From: Pontiella sp.
Lineage (GTDB): Bacteria > Verrucomicrobiota > Kiritimatiellia > Kiritimatiellales > Pontiellaceae
DNA length: 64,000 nucleotides
NCBI GenBank assembly: GCA_050290185.1
Contig: JBNKHE010000002.1
Location: 96,001-160,000, forward strand
Direction of reading: 5' to 3'
The notes under the pieces were generated by a model, which was not told the DNA's origin, did no database searches, and saw only the letters and a list, made by a program, of their open reading frames with translations. The position numbers and the translations under genes are program-made. Shown piece by piece: positions 46,398 through 56,415 of the stretch. Every line of letters starts with the position of its first letter. The stretch's first letter is position 1.

Positions 46398-46973
46398 ATG
46401 AAAAAGCCCCCCACATTCCACATCCGGCGACTCTCGGTGAACGAAATCATGCCGACGTACAAACCGGTGGAAATCGGCGAACATTGCGCCAACTGCGGGA
46501 ATCATGGTTCGGTATGGTCCTGCCCGCCACATGCCTTTGATCCGGCTGAATATCTTCAGGACTATCCTTATGCCTATGTTTTGATTGGTACGGTTTATTT
46601 ATCGGGATTTGAAACGCAGGCGGAGTCGATCGCCTATTACTACCGCACGCGAACCCGCATCAACCGGGCGTTGCTGGAGTATGAAAAAACCGTCACCGAT
46701 GCGCAGGCCCTCTATGCCGGGCATTGCGATAGCTGCGAACCCTGCACGCGCACCCAGGATACCGCCTGCATGCATCCTGAAAAACTCCGCTACTCGCTTG
46801 AATCGCTCGGCCTTAAGGTTTCCGACATCACGGAAAAATATTTCGATGAACCGCTCCAATGGGCCGCCGGGAAAACGCCGGATAAACTCCTGACCGTCCC
46901 GGCCCTGCTGACCAAGGAAGCGATCGATCAAGAAGAGCTGCTGTTGTTTCTTGAAGCCAAGCTACAATCGTGA
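46398..46973 (+). CDS. DUF2284-like Cys-rich predicted metal-binding protein
   Basis: CANC...WSCPP, GHCDSCEPC, C.HPEKLRYSLESLG; ATG 46398 preferred. Confidence 0.78.
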   Translation: MKKPPTFHIRRLSVNEIMPTYKPVEIGEHCANCGNHGSVWSCPPHAFDPAEYLQDYPYAYVLIGTVYLSGFETQAESIAYYYRTRTRINRALLEYEKTVTDAQALYAGHCDSCEPCTRTQDTACMHPEKLRYSLESLGLKVSDITEKYFDEPLQWAAGKTPDKLLTVPALLTKEAIDQEELLLFLEAKLQS

Positions 46974-46997
46974 GCGAAGCCCTCTCTGCTGTCAGCT

Positions 46998-47024
46998 CTA
47001 GGTGGCGCACCCAGCCTAGTTTTT
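46998..47024 (+). terminator. Possible intrinsic terminator
   Basis: CTAGG-tggcgcacccag-CCTAG-TTTTT. Confidence 0.4.
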
Positions 47025-47130
47025 CGCGATTTCGAGGCAATTCGTTCCCGCAATGAGGATGGAGACAGGTTCATTCAAATCGTGCGGAATTGAGAAAACA
47101 CAGGTGTATAGAACGCTTAACCACAAAGTG

Positions 47131-47162
47131 AAAAGCGTTGCCGCATACCACAGGCAACGTTT
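47131..47162 (-). terminator. Possible intrinsic terminator after the DUF2779 gene
   Basis: Minus strand AAACGTTGCC-loop-GGCAACGC-TTTT. Confidence 0.45.
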
Positions 47163-47239
47163 CACTCGCTTTGTTTCTTTTGTCAAAAAAACAGGTTTCC
47201 CCGGATAGAAGTACGCAGGTCCTCTCATGCCCAAAAGCG

Positions 47240-49174
47240 TCAGCCGATGAGAGCGCGCCACGCTTCCCAGATCATGACCATGGCAAACGTGTCGAGCTCG
47301 CAGTAGCGTAGCAGGGCCTGTTGGACGGACTGGCGCTCCGTTTCGGAAATATCCGAGAACTGAAGCCGGGCGTAGGCGGTCATGGCAGCCCCGCCATCGG
47401 CGAGTATGTTGTCGGCTTCAACCTTTTCCAACTCATCCTGCGGCAGGTCGGCAAAGACGGGAGGCAGCAGTTTGTAGGGATCTTTCACCAAACCAGCGGC
47501 ATCGCGCTGGATCCAGGTTTGGTTCTGGAAGTTGCGGCTGTTGTAGATCGGTTGGCTGTATTTTTCCTGAAGATAGGCCGAACTGTTGAGTACGGCGGGC
47601 AGCACTTTCTTGATCGAGTTGCTGCCGCCCATTTCGAGCTGGTAGTAGTGGTTTTTAACCAGCTCGCACATATCCACCATATTTCGATGCCCTTCCCGTC
47701 CGTCGTCGCGGTTTTGGGTGATCGACCTGATCCAGTCGACCAGTTCGGGCCGGTCCGGAATGTCGGCGTCGCTATCGAGCAGTTGCTCCAGAATATGGTT
47801 CAGCACCGTGTTTTCATGGGCGGCATAACGGAAAATGGTGCCGTCATCCTGATCGAGCGAAGCCTTCAGCCGACGGACAAATTCGAAGTTGGGAAAAACG
47901 CCCGGCTCGGTATTCAGATATTCATCGGCGTGTTCAATCGTCCCGTCTTCCCGGACCACATGATGCGAAAACTGGAAGGCGACCAGCTCGTAGGGATGGC
48001 GGTCCTTGGTGAAGGGAACGGCGACGGCCGAGGTTTCGAAATCGATAAAATGCAACGGCCAGTTCCACGAATCAAATGCCGCGCGCAAGCCGTCGGTATC
48101 GATCCATGGAACCGGATCGTTGGCGACCGTTTTTTGCACCTGCAGCCATTGGCGGGCCTGCACCGGTTTCGCCGGATCAAAATCATATTCTTCGAGATCG
48201 CGCAGGAAAAACTTCCCCGCCTTCAAGAAAGCCTGCTTTTGGGTGCAGTTCCACAAATCCATCACATTGGGCGCATTGAAATCCTCATTGGAAAAACCCA
48301 TCGCCTCGCGCCAGCACGTTTTAAAGCCGCTCAATTTTCCCTTTTGTTCATCGGCCGGTGTGGTTCGGAACGAGCACTTGGCGCAAAGGCCGCAATCGAT
48401 GCGTGGCGGAATGCGGGTATCCGTTTCGTACGCCTGCGCAAGCGCACCGGCGTAACCGCCAAAATCATACGACTTGTTGCCGATTCGATACTTCGCCTCC
48501 CGGATCAGCTTTACGGGATCGTGCACATTGACCTTGATTAAAACCGGCGTTCCCAGCGACTCGGCCGACCGCTCCCCGACCCAACGCGTCTCCGTCTTTT
48601 GGCCGGTCGCCTTCACCAGCTTGATCCGTTGGTTCAGGCCGTCGACGGAACTGCGCGCCTGTTTGTTGGCCACCATCAGGCGCGGACGGATCACCGCCTC
48701 GGGAAACGCGTTTCGCAGGACCAGTTCCTGAAAGGCCACATCCAACATGTACGGTTTCCACGCCGGCGCAATCTTGCCGCTACGCTTACCGATCAACTCC
48801 GACCTGTGCCCGATCGACTTGGCCTTGACCTCGATCAGGTCCAGCACATTCCCCTCCTTGCGCAGAATATCGATGCGGACAAACAGGTTGTTCCAACGAA
48901 TCGCCGCTTCGAAAACCGTGACGTTTTCCCGCTCCAGCAAAGCCGCGGTTTCGGATAACGCCATTTCTGGATCCTGCGACTCGACCAGAATCCCGTCCGG
49001 ATGCATCGCCCGCGCCAGTTCGCCGACCTGGAAACCGCCCTCCGCCAACGCGGACAGAAACGAATCCTCCAGCGACTGGTCCGCATAGTCATCCTTCCCG
49101 GCATAAAACAGTTTGGTCGGACACTCCGTCGCCTGCAGGAAGCGGGATTTAGTCAGATAGCGGGGGCTGGGCAT
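47240..49174 (-). CDS. DUF2779-domain protein (PD-(D/E)XK-like N-half + RNase H-like C-half)
   Basis: LTKSRF...CP, RIDIL...LIEVK, DVAFQ, HFIDFET, PYELVAFQFS, SIKKVLP, LLRYCELDT; TGATG coupling to the HAD gene. Confidence 0.78.
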   Translation of the reverse strand: MPSPRYLTKSRFLQATECPTKLFYAGKDDYADQSLEDSFLSALAEGGFQVGELARAMHPDGILVESQDPEMALSETAALLERENVTVFEAAIRWNNLFVRIDILRKEGNVLDLIEVKAKSIGHRSELIGKRSGKIAPAWKPYMLDVAFQELVLRNAFPEAVIRPRLMVANKQARSSVDGLNQRIKLVKATGQKTETRWVGERSAESLGTPVLIKVNVHDPVKLIREAKYRIGNKSYDFGGYAGALAQAYETDTRIPPRIDCGLCAKCSFRTTPADEQKGKLSGFKTCWREAMGFSNEDFNAPNVMDLWNCTQKQAFLKAGKFFLRDLEEYDFDPAKPVQARQWLQVQKTVANDPVPWIDTDGLRAAFDSWNWPLHFIDFETSAVAVPFTKDRHPYELVAFQFSHHVVREDGTIEHADEYLNTEPGVFPNFEFVRRLKASLDQDDGTIFRYAAHENTVLNHILEQLLDSDADIPDRPELVDWIRSITQNRDDGREGHRNMVDMCELVKNHYYQLEMGGSNSIKKVLPAVLNSSAYLQEKYSQPIYNSRNFQNQTWIQRDAAGLVKDPYKLLPPVFADLPQDELEKVEADNILADGGAAMTAYARLQFSDISETERQSVQQALLRYCELDTFAMVMIWEAWRALIG

Positions 49175-49836
49175 CAGGGAAACTCCGGTAAACACAGATC
49201 GTTTTGTACGCCACCGAGCGAATCAAAGACGGGAAACCCGCAGACTTCAAGACGGGAGCGGCTGTTGTGGCCGTTCGCGACGAGCGCGCAGTTGACGCCC
49301 ATGGCTTCGGCGACTTCAAAGTCGTGGAGGGTATCGCCGATAAACAGGACTTCGCCGGGAGCGATGTCGAGGCCGGCGATATATTTTTTTCCGTTCTCGA
49401 CCTTGCCGGCGGCATAGATATCGTCGAGGCCGATGATGTCGCTGAAGAAGGGCGTCAACTCAAAGTAGTCGACAGCCTGCAGGAGCGTGTCGTGCTGGTA
49501 GGCGGAAAGAACGGCCTGGGGAATATTCCGTGAATGCAAGGCTTGGATCAGCTCGCGGGCGCCGTCCTGAAGGACGCATTCGAAACGGCGACGTTCGTAT
49601 TCCGCAATAAACTCCTCGGCCAGGATTTTGTAGGGGTTGGTTTCATAATCGAAGCCGAGCTGGCAGTAATATTGGTCGACCGGAAAGCAGAGCTTGTCGC
49701 GGTAGGTTTTGATCGTGATGGGCGGTAGACCGCGGCGTTGGAGCATGTGGTTGTTGATTTCGACGCAAAGCCAGGTGTCGTCCCACAGCGTTCCGTTCCA
49801 ATCCCAGATGATATGTCTACAGGGCATTTGTTCCAT
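49174..49836 (-). CDS. HAD-family hydrolase (phosphoglycolate phosphatase-like)
   Basis: IWDWNGTLWD, VLSA, GK, FIGDTLHD. Confidence 0.88.
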   Translation of the reverse strand: MEQMPCRHIIWDWNGTLWDDTWLCVEINNHMLQRRGLPPITIKTYRDKLCFPVDQYYCQLGFDYETNPYKILAEEFIAEYERRRFECVLQDGARELIQALHSRNIPQAVLSAYQHDTLLQAVDYFELTPFFSDIIGLDDIYAAGKVENGKKYIAGLDIAPGEVLFIGDTLHDFEVAEAMGVNCALVANGHNSRSRLEVCGFPVFDSLGGVQNDLCLPEFP

Positions 49837-49930
49837 GATTCCTTTTGATGGGCGACCTTAACAGATACGTATTTTATTTCGACAAGGTTATGCGGGAAAG
49901 GCATCGTTCACGGCAATTTTCAGGAGAGCT

Positions 49931-51313
49931 ATGAAACAGAACCATTTTACAACAGAAGTCACCCGGCAGCTATCCGCCCGGGTTGAGTCGGGCAAACTGC
50001 GGGGCTGGAGCCTTAAGACCACGGAATCGCGGAGCCATCAACGTTTGTATGCATCGCCGGACGGCCAAACGCTTTCGTGCCACCAGAGCCGGCGCGTCGA
50101 TGGCGTTGCGTACCAGCTTTCGGTATACAGCCCGGTGGAGGATCCCAACCGGGTGGGAACCGCTTTCATTGACCTGGTTCCCCACCGCTCGGTGGACGCC
50201 CAGATCAACGAGGCGCTTGAACTCTCCCGCGGCAGTCAAAATCCGGCATGGAAGCTGGCCGGTCCACCGGCGACGCCCCCGGAACCGGTGGAAACGTGCG
50301 ATCCCTCGATCCGGGATAATCCGGAAGCGGTGATGGAGGAGATCGATCATGCGTTTTCCGCGGCGTTTGCCGTAACGGAGGGCTGCCGACTGAACTCGGC
50401 CGAGCTCTTCCTGAACTACAGCATCAGCACACAGATCAATTCCGAAGGTCTTGCCTACGAGGTGGAACAGAGCGATGTCTATCTGGAGGCGGCCATGGAG
50501 CGCGCCGGTTGCGAGAACGACAAGGAAGTGCATGAGCACGACACCTCCGTCGCCGCGGCGGATCTGGACGTGAAGGGCTTTATCGAACGTTGCGCCCTGC
50601 AGGTGTCGGTTCTGGGCGATAGCGAGGAGCCCGAAACATCCGACAATGCATCGATCCTGATCGGCAAGGATGCGCTCTCGCAAATGCTCGAAGCCGTGGT
50701 GATCCAGCTCAACTGCACCAACGAATATCTCAAGCTGCCTTTCCTGAAGCCGGGCGACCGCTTTGGCGACGACACAGGCGATGCCCTCCAACTGCGACTG
50801 GATCCAACGCTCCCCTGCATGGCCCAATCCGCGGTCTATGCCATCGATGGCCTTCCGGCCCGTTCCGGCACGCTGATCGAAAACAACAAGGTCGTGGACC
50901 GCGTCATCGGCAACCGCTTCGGCCAATATCTGGGCCTGGAGCCCAACGGTCTTTCGGGCAACCTGGTGGTTGAAGCCGGAAGCCTGACGCCGGAGTCGCT
51001 AGCGGGAACCGAATATGTGGAGGTCATCAAGTTTTCATCGCTGCTGATCGACTCCCAAAAGCTGACGTGGAGTTCGGAAATAAAACTAGGGAGGCATGTC
51101 GCGGCGGACGGAACCGTGACACTGGTCAAAGGCGGTGTTGTATCCGGAAACCTGCGGGAAAACTTTACCGGATGCCGCTTCTCCTCCGAACTTGGAAGCG
51201 TCAGTTCACCTCCAAGCAGCTACACTCAGGCTTTGGGCTATCGCGGCCCGGACGCCATGTTCATCACCCGCGGCGTAAGCATCGCCGGACAAACCAAAGG
51301 AAACCGAGCATGA
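49931..51313 (+). CDS. Divergent TldE/PmbA-like subunit
   Basis: DG....TLIEN..V, GNLVVEAG, VSGNL; no HExxxH; ATGA-coupled to a TldD-like gene. Confidence 0.7.
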   Translation: MKQNHFTTEVTRQLSARVESGKLRGWSLKTTESRSHQRLYASPDGQTLSCHQSRRVDGVAYQLSVYSPVEDPNRVGTAFIDLVPHRSVDAQINEALELSRGSQNPAWKLAGPPATPPEPVETCDPSIRDNPEAVMEEIDHAFSAAFAVTEGCRLNSAELFLNYSISTQINSEGLAYEVEQSDVYLEAAMERAGCENDKEVHEHDTSVAAADLDVKGFIERCALQVSVLGDSEEPETSDNASILIGKDALSQMLEAVVIQLNCTNEYLKLPFLKPGDRFGDDTGDALQLRLDPTLPCMAQSAVYAIDGLPARSGTLIENNKVVDRVIGNRFGQYLGLEPNGLSGNLVVEAGSLTPESLAGTEYVEVIKFSSLLIDSQKLTWSSEIKLGRHVAADGTVTLVKGGVVSGNLRENFTGCRFSSELGSVSSPPSSYTQALGYRGPDAMFITRGVSIAGQTKGNRA

Positions 51314-52905
51314 ACACGATGCCCTATCCCCTGACGGACGAACTCCGCTCTTTTTTCCCGTTGCTCAAGAAACTGGTCGTGGAACTCGAAGCCGGAGTGG
51401 AAGACCGCCTCTATGCCTTTGCCGCGCTCGAAGATCTCGAACAGTTCCAGAGCAACGTGAGCCGGACCGAAACCAGCAGCATCACCGCCGACCGCGGACT
51501 CGTTCTGCGCATTCTCGCCGGCCACCGCAACTTCGAGTACGCCACCAACCGCTTCGACGAAGCCGAACTGCTGGCCGAAGCCGCCAAGCTGAAGGCAGAG
51601 GCCCTCGCCTTTCTCGACCAGCAAACCGAGCCTCCGGTCCATACCCCGCACGGATGGAACGACGAACCGCTGGATGCCTTGGCCGAACCGATCCTGGAGC
51701 AGATTTTTTCGGCCGGCAATGGAACCCTGCCAACCGCGGATACGCCCGTGCATTTTGGCAGCGCCTACGACCCGTCCCTTTCGGAATCCAAGAGCAAGGC
51801 CGAAACCACGGAACGCTGCAGGAAGATCAAGGAGGCGATCGAAAAAGCGGGCGACGACCAGCTCGCCTCGGCCGGTTGCATGATCCGCCGCAAGGCCAAG
51901 AGCCGGCTGTTTGCCGATCGCACCCGCCTGATGTCGCAAACGCTGTTTTCGAGCCTTTACTACCTCTACGCCGTCACTCCTTCCGGCAAAACCGTGCGCG
52001 GCATTATCGGTGGCATGGCCGGAGCCGAAGTCGCGGAATGCATCGACGACGCGCTGATTGCCAAACTGGTTGAAACCGCCATCAAGCTCGAAACCGCACA
52101 GCGCATCAAACCCGGCCGCTACCGCATCATCAGCGGCCCCGACGTCACCGGCGTGATCGCCCACGAAGCCTTCGGCCACACGCAGGAGGGCGACACCTGC
52201 CGGCTGGGCCGCAGCTGTGCGCCGGGGCTCCGTAAGAAAGGAACGCCGGTAGGCAACGAACACGCGACGATCATCAACAACGCGGGCGTCTTTGCGATGG
52301 GCAACACCCCGTGGGGCGTCAACGGTACGCACTTTTTCGACGATGAAGGCTTCATTGCCCGCCCGCAGGTGATCCTCGACAAAGGCACCCTGTCCTCCCC
52401 GATGAACGACCTGATCTCCTCACGGGTCGGTGACATCAACGGTCCCGCGCCGCGGCAATCGAACGGCAAACGCGAAAGCTGGAAACGACCGCTGATGCCA
52501 CGCCAGACCAATACCTACTTCACCGCTGGCGATAAAACCCTGGACGAGTTGGCGGAACTTTGCGGCAATGGCTACATTGCCGAACACGCGCATGGCGGCA
52601 TGGAAGACCCGAAAGGCATGGGACTTACCGCCGGCACGGAATATCTGGAGGAAGTCAAGGACGGCAAGCGCACCGGAAAACTCTTTCTGGGACCGCAGGG
52701 CGGACACGTTGAACTTTCCGATCCGGTGCCGCGCTTGCTCAACTCCATCATTGCCAAAAGCGTCATCTCGGAAGAAGACCCGATGAATGAATCCGGAGGC
52801 GAGCCCATCAACAAATGGGGCGGTTGCGGAAAATACCACAAGGAAGGGGTAGAAGCCGGTTGCGGCGGCCCCTGGATCCTGTGGGAGGGCATTACCTGCG
52901 GCTAG
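51310..52905 (+). CDS. tldD: TldD-family metalloprotease
   Basis: GVIAHEAFGHTQEGD, FFDDEG, SNGKRES, PRQTNTY, GGCGK; start ATG 51310. Confidence 0.88.
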   Translation: MNTMPYPLTDELRSFFPLLKKLVVELEAGVEDRLYAFAALEDLEQFQSNVSRTETSSITADRGLVLRILAGHRNFEYATNRFDEAELLAEAAKLKAEALAFLDQQTEPPVHTPHGWNDEPLDALAEPILEQIFSAGNGTLPTADTPVHFGSAYDPSLSESKSKAETTERCRKIKEAIEKAGDDQLASAGCMIRRKAKSRLFADRTRLMSQTLFSSLYYLYAVTPSGKTVRGIIGGMAGAEVAECIDDALIAKLVETAIKLETAQRIKPGRYRIISGPDVTGVIAHEAFGHTQEGDTCRLGRSCAPGLRKKGTPVGNEHATIINNAGVFAMGNTPWGVNGTHFFDDEGFIARPQVILDKGTLSSPMNDLISSRVGDINGPAPRQSNGKRESWKRPLMPRQTNTYFTAGDKTLDELAELCGNGYIAEHAHGGMEDPKGMGLTAGTEYLEEVKDGKRTGKLFLGPQGGHVELSDPVPRLLNSIIAKSVISEEDPMNESGGEPINKWGGCGKYHKEGVEAGCGGPWILWEGITCG

Positions 52906-52967
52906 AGCATTTTTAGCCATACCATGGCTATATGCCGAATCTGTACCTCGTTGTCCTCGGTCGGCAT

Positions 52968-53001
52968 AAAAAAACCCGCCTCGCAGGTGCGGGACGGGTT
53001 T
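52968..53001 (-). terminator. Intrinsic terminator of the RRM gene
   Basis: Minus strand AAACCCGTCCCGCA-cc-TGCGAGGCGGG-TTTTTTT. Confidence 0.8.
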
Positions 53002-53024
53002 CGGTAAAACGTGTGTTCGGGGTA

Positions 53025-53444
53025 TTAGTAGCGATCACGACCGCCACGGTCACGGCCACCGCCGCCACCACGGCCGCCACGGCTACCGCCGCCACCGTAT
53101 CCGCCACCACCGCCGCCGTAGCCACCGCCACCGCCGCCGTATCCGCCACCACCGCCGCCATAACCACCGCCGCCTTCGCGACGTGGGGGACGCTCTTCAC
53201 GGGGACGGGCAATATTTACACGCAGGTTGCGTCCGTCAAGATCCTGGTCGTTGAACATCTCAACAGCCTTCTCAGCTTCCTCGTGGGTGCCCATTTCAAC
53301 AAAGGCAAAACCGCGGGAACGGCTGGTGAACTTATCGAGCATCAGCTCGCACTTGACCACGGTTCCGGCTTGCGCGAACAGTGCTTCAAGTGAATCTTCG
53401 GTGGTACTGTAGGAAAGGTTTCCTACATACAGTCTTTTTTCCAT
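53025..53444 (-). CDS. RRM RNA-binding protein with Gly-rich tail
   Basis: RNP2 LYVGNL, RNP1 RGFAFVEM, (G6Y)n and RGG tail. Confidence 0.95.
   Translation of the reverse strand: MEKRLYVGNLSYSTTEDSLEALFAQAGTVVKCELMLDKFTSRSRGFAFVEMGTHEEAEKAVEMFNDQDLDGRNLRVNIARPREERPPRREGGGGYGGGGGGYGGGGGGYGGGGGGYGGGGSRGGRGGGGGRDRGGRDRY
53086..53174. repeat. Coding tandem repeat, 21-nt period (GGGGGGY)
   Basis: Repeated ccgccaccaccgccgccgta-type units inside the RRM gene. Confidence 0.8.
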
Positions 53445-53472
53445 TCTACTATCTCTCTACGTCACCCACCGT

Positions 53473-53554
53473 CTCCATGCCTGTCCCGACTCATTCGGCT
53501 TGCAGGGCGTCCCATGACGCCCGCGACGATCCATGGAGTCTTTCTGGATGACTC
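53473..53554 (-). promoter_or_regulatory. Candidate structured 5' leader of the RRM gene
   Basis: CTCCATG/CATGGAG closing helix enclosing GGGCGTC/GACGCCC and CCGA/TCGG hairpins. Confidence 0.4.
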
Positions 53555-53625
53555 GGAAACGACCATATAGCTCGGTCTTAAAAAATCAATGAAAATCCAT
53601 GGGCTTTACAGAACCCTAACACGCC

Positions 53626-55437
53626 CTATGCGTTGGACTTCTGACGGCTGGCTTTCTTTCGATCGTTTTCGGTGAGTAGCTTTTTCCGCATACGAATGAA
53701 GTGCGGTGTGATTTCGACCAGTTCGTCTTCGGCGATATATTCGAGCGCCTCTTCAAGGCTCTTCACCTGGGCCGGTGCAATCTTCATGGCGCGGTCGGTA
53801 CCGGAGGCACGGACGTTGGTCAACTGCTTCGCTTTCTGCATGTTTACCACCAGATCCTTGTCCAGACAGTGCTCGGCAACAATCATGCCTTCATAGCACT
53901 CTTCGCCTGGATTGACGAAAAAGATACCACGCTGCTGCAGGCCGTCGATCGCGAATGCCACGGCCGCCCCTTTGCCCTGCGAAACCAACACGCCGTTAAG
54001 GCGCTGCTGGATCGGCCCCTTGTAGGGCTCGTAGTGCAGGAAGCGGTGCGTCACAATGGCTTCGCCGGCGGAGGCGGTGAGCATCTTGGAACGCAGGCCG
54101 ATCAGACCGCGCGTGGGAATCTGGAAGCGGATGGTTTTGCGCAGGCCGTGCTGATCCATATCGATCATCTCGCCCTTGCGTACGCCCGCCACCTCGATAA
54201 CTTTACCGGCATATTCGTCGGGCACATCGACATGGAGGATTTCAATCGGCTCTTCCTTCTTACCGTGCTTCTCCTTAAAGATCACCTGCGGCTGAGCCAC
54301 CGACATTTCGAAGCCTTCGCGGCGCATGGTTTCGATCAGGATGGAAAGGTGCAGCACGCCGCGCCCGCTGACACGGAATGCATCGCCGCCGGTTTCCTCG
54401 ACGCGCAGCGCCACATCACGCTCGGTTTCCTTCAGCAGGCGTTCGCGCAAATGGCGGCTGGTCACAAACTGACCGTCCTGACCGTAGAAGGGGGAATCGT
54501 TGACGCTGAAGGTCATGGAAAGGGTCGGTTCGTCGATGCTGATCGGTGGAAGCTTTTCCGGTGTTTCAAAATCGGTGATGCAGTCGCCGATATCGATATC
54601 GGGAATACCGACGATAGCACAGAGATCGCCGCAAGGCACTTCCTCGACTTCACTACGACCCAGCCCTTCGAAGGTGAATAATTGCTTGATGCGGGTCTGT
54701 TCCTGTTCACCATTGCGCTTGATGCGCATGAGCGGTTGCTTGGTGTTGAGTGTCCCGCGATAAACACGGCCCACACCGATACGACCGACATAATCGCTGT
54801 AGTCAATGGAGGTTACCTGCATCTGGACGGGGCCGTCGTTGATCTTCGGCGCGGGGATGTGCTCCAATACGGCATCCATCAAAGGCAGCATTGAATCGCG
54901 CGGTCCATCGAGCACCGTATCGGCCCAGCCATCCTTACCGGAACAGTAAAGCATCGGAAAGTCGAGCTGCTCATCGTTGGCTTCCAGCTCAACAAAAAGG
55001 TCGAACACAAGATCGTGGATCACATCGGGGCGGGCGTCGGGTTTGTCGATCTTGTTGATAAGGACGAGCGGCTTCAGGTTTAGTTCCAGGGCCTTGTCGA
55101 GTACAAACCGGGTCTGCGGCATCGGACCCTCGGCCGCATCGACCAAAAGCAGTACGCCGTCGGCCAGATTCAACACGCGCTCCACCTGTCCGCCAAAATC
55201 GCTATGGCCGGGGGTGTCGATGACGTTGATCTTCACGCCCTTATAATTGACGCTGATGTTCTTTGATAGAATCGTAATGCCCCGTTCCCGCTCGAGGTCG
55301 TTGCTGTCGAGCAGGCATACCTGCATATCCTCGTTATCGCGAAAAAGGTGCGCCTGCTTGATGATTTCGTCCACCAACGTGGTTTTTCCGTGGTCGACGT
55401 GGGCGATGATTGCGATATTTCTGATTTCCTGGGCCAT
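53626..55437 (-). CDS. typA: Translational GTPase TypA/BipA
   Basis: [59 protein letters not shown]. Confidence 0.97.
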   Translation of the reverse strand: MAQEIRNIAIIAHVDHGKTTLVDEIIKQAHLFRDNEDMQVCLLDSNDLERERGITILSKNISVNYKGVKINVIDTPGHSDFGGQVERVLNLADGVLLLVDAAEGPMPQTRFVLDKALELNLKPLVLINKIDKPDARPDVIHDLVFDLFVELEANDEQLDFPMLYCSGKDGWADTVLDGPRDSMLPLMDAVLEHIPAPKINDGPVQMQVTSIDYSDYVGRIGVGRVYRGTLNTKQPLMRIKRNGEQEQTRIKQLFTFEGLGRSEVEEVPCGDLCAIVGIPDIDIGDCITDFETPEKLPPISIDEPTLSMTFSVNDSPFYGQDGQFVTSRHLRERLLKETERDVALRVEETGGDAFRVSGRGVLHLSILIETMRREGFEMSVAQPQVIFKEKHGKKEEPIEILHVDVPDEYAGKVIEVAGVRKGEMIDMDQHGLRKTIRFQIPTRGLIGLRSKMLTASAGEAIVTHRFLHYEPYKGPIQQRLNGVLVSQGKGAAVAFAIDGLQQRGIFFVNPGEECYEGMIVAEHCLDKDLVVNMQKAKQLTNVRASGTDRAMKIAPAQVKSLEEALEYIAEDELVEITPHFIRMRKKLLTENDRKKASRQKSNA

Positions 55438-55693
55438 GGAGCCTCCAACGGAGCCGAAGCTCCGGTTATTCGTTAATGGTTATTTGTTATTCGGAACAGC
55501 GCTACCATTCATTTCTACGATTAACCAATTAACTGATTCCTAATAACGGTTCCCGTTTTGCGGGAACAAAAAGTCGCGCGAACATATAGCTTTCCGTCTA
55601 AAAAGCAACCCCAACGTGCCCAAATGATTTGGAATGCCGCAGACCGGAAAAATGACTGTAATTCCTCCCATGCTTCGGGCAACATGTTCTCCC

Positions 55694-56287
55694 ATGATTA
55701 CATTTCTCGAAGGCAAACTGGATGAAAAGCAGCTCGCGCGCGTCGTGATGAACATCGGCGGCGTCGGCTACGAGGTGTCGATTCCGCTCAGCAGCTACGA
55801 CCAACTTCCCGCAGAAGGTGAAAGCTGCCGTATCCTGACGTACCACCATATTACCGATTCCGATCAACGCCTGTTCGGGTTCTGCACGGAAGACGAACGC
55901 GAAATGTTCACCCGGTTGCTGACCATAAGCGGGGTTGGCCCCAAACTGGCGATCAGCACGCTGAGCGGCCTGCCGGTTCGCGAACTCAAATCCGCCCTGA
56001 TCAACGGCGATATCAAGCGCATCTCCTCCATCTCCGGCATCGGCAAAAAGACTGCCGAACGCATCGTGGTCGAATTGCGCGACAAATTCAGCTCCGGTGA
56101 ACAGCTCGATGCCTTCGCTCCGGCCGACTCCGCGCCCGGTGATCATCGCCTGCGCGACGCCGCCCTCGCACTGGCCGCCCTCGGACAGAAATCTGATGAC
56201 GCCACCAAAATGATCAAAGCCGTCGCCGGCAAGCTTTCCGCCAAAACCACCGTAGAAGACCTCATCCGAATGGCTCTGACTAAATAA
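55694..56287 (+). CDS. ruvA: Holliday junction branch migration protein RuvA
   Basis: MITFLEG, GGVGYEV, LFGF, SGVGPKLA, GIGKKTAERIVVEL. Confidence 0.96.
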   Translation: MITFLEGKLDEKQLARVVMNIGGVGYEVSIPLSSYDQLPAEGESCRILTYHHITDSDQRLFGFCTEDEREMFTRLLTISGVGPKLAISTLSGLPVRELKSALINGDIKRISSISGIGKKTAERIVVELRDKFSSGEQLDAFAPADSAPGDHRLRDAALALAALGQKSDDATKMIKAVAGKLSAKTTVEDLIRMALTK

Positions 56288-56295
56288 AACCCCAA

Positions 56296-56367
56296 GTCAC
56301 GAAGGCCACAAAGAATACCCAAATCCGTTTCGTTGCGAAACCTGGAGAACTTCGAGTCTTCGTGGTT
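56296..56367. repeat. Degenerate palindromic triplet-repeat element between ruvA and ruvB
   Basis: gtCACGAAG gc CACAAAG ... CTTCGAG t CTTCGTG gtt. Confidence 0.5.
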
Positions 56368-56415
56368 ATAATCCGTGACAACCGGTGTTTATCTATGGCT
56401 ACATAGCCCGCACGT

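Noticed and set aside
51067..51309. N-terminal extension of TldD
   Set aside because: Overlaps the upstream gene; ATGA coupling supports 51310
53040..53175. CRISPR-like or non-coding tandem repeat
   Set aside because: No unique spacers; it is the Gly-rich coding tail of the RRM protein
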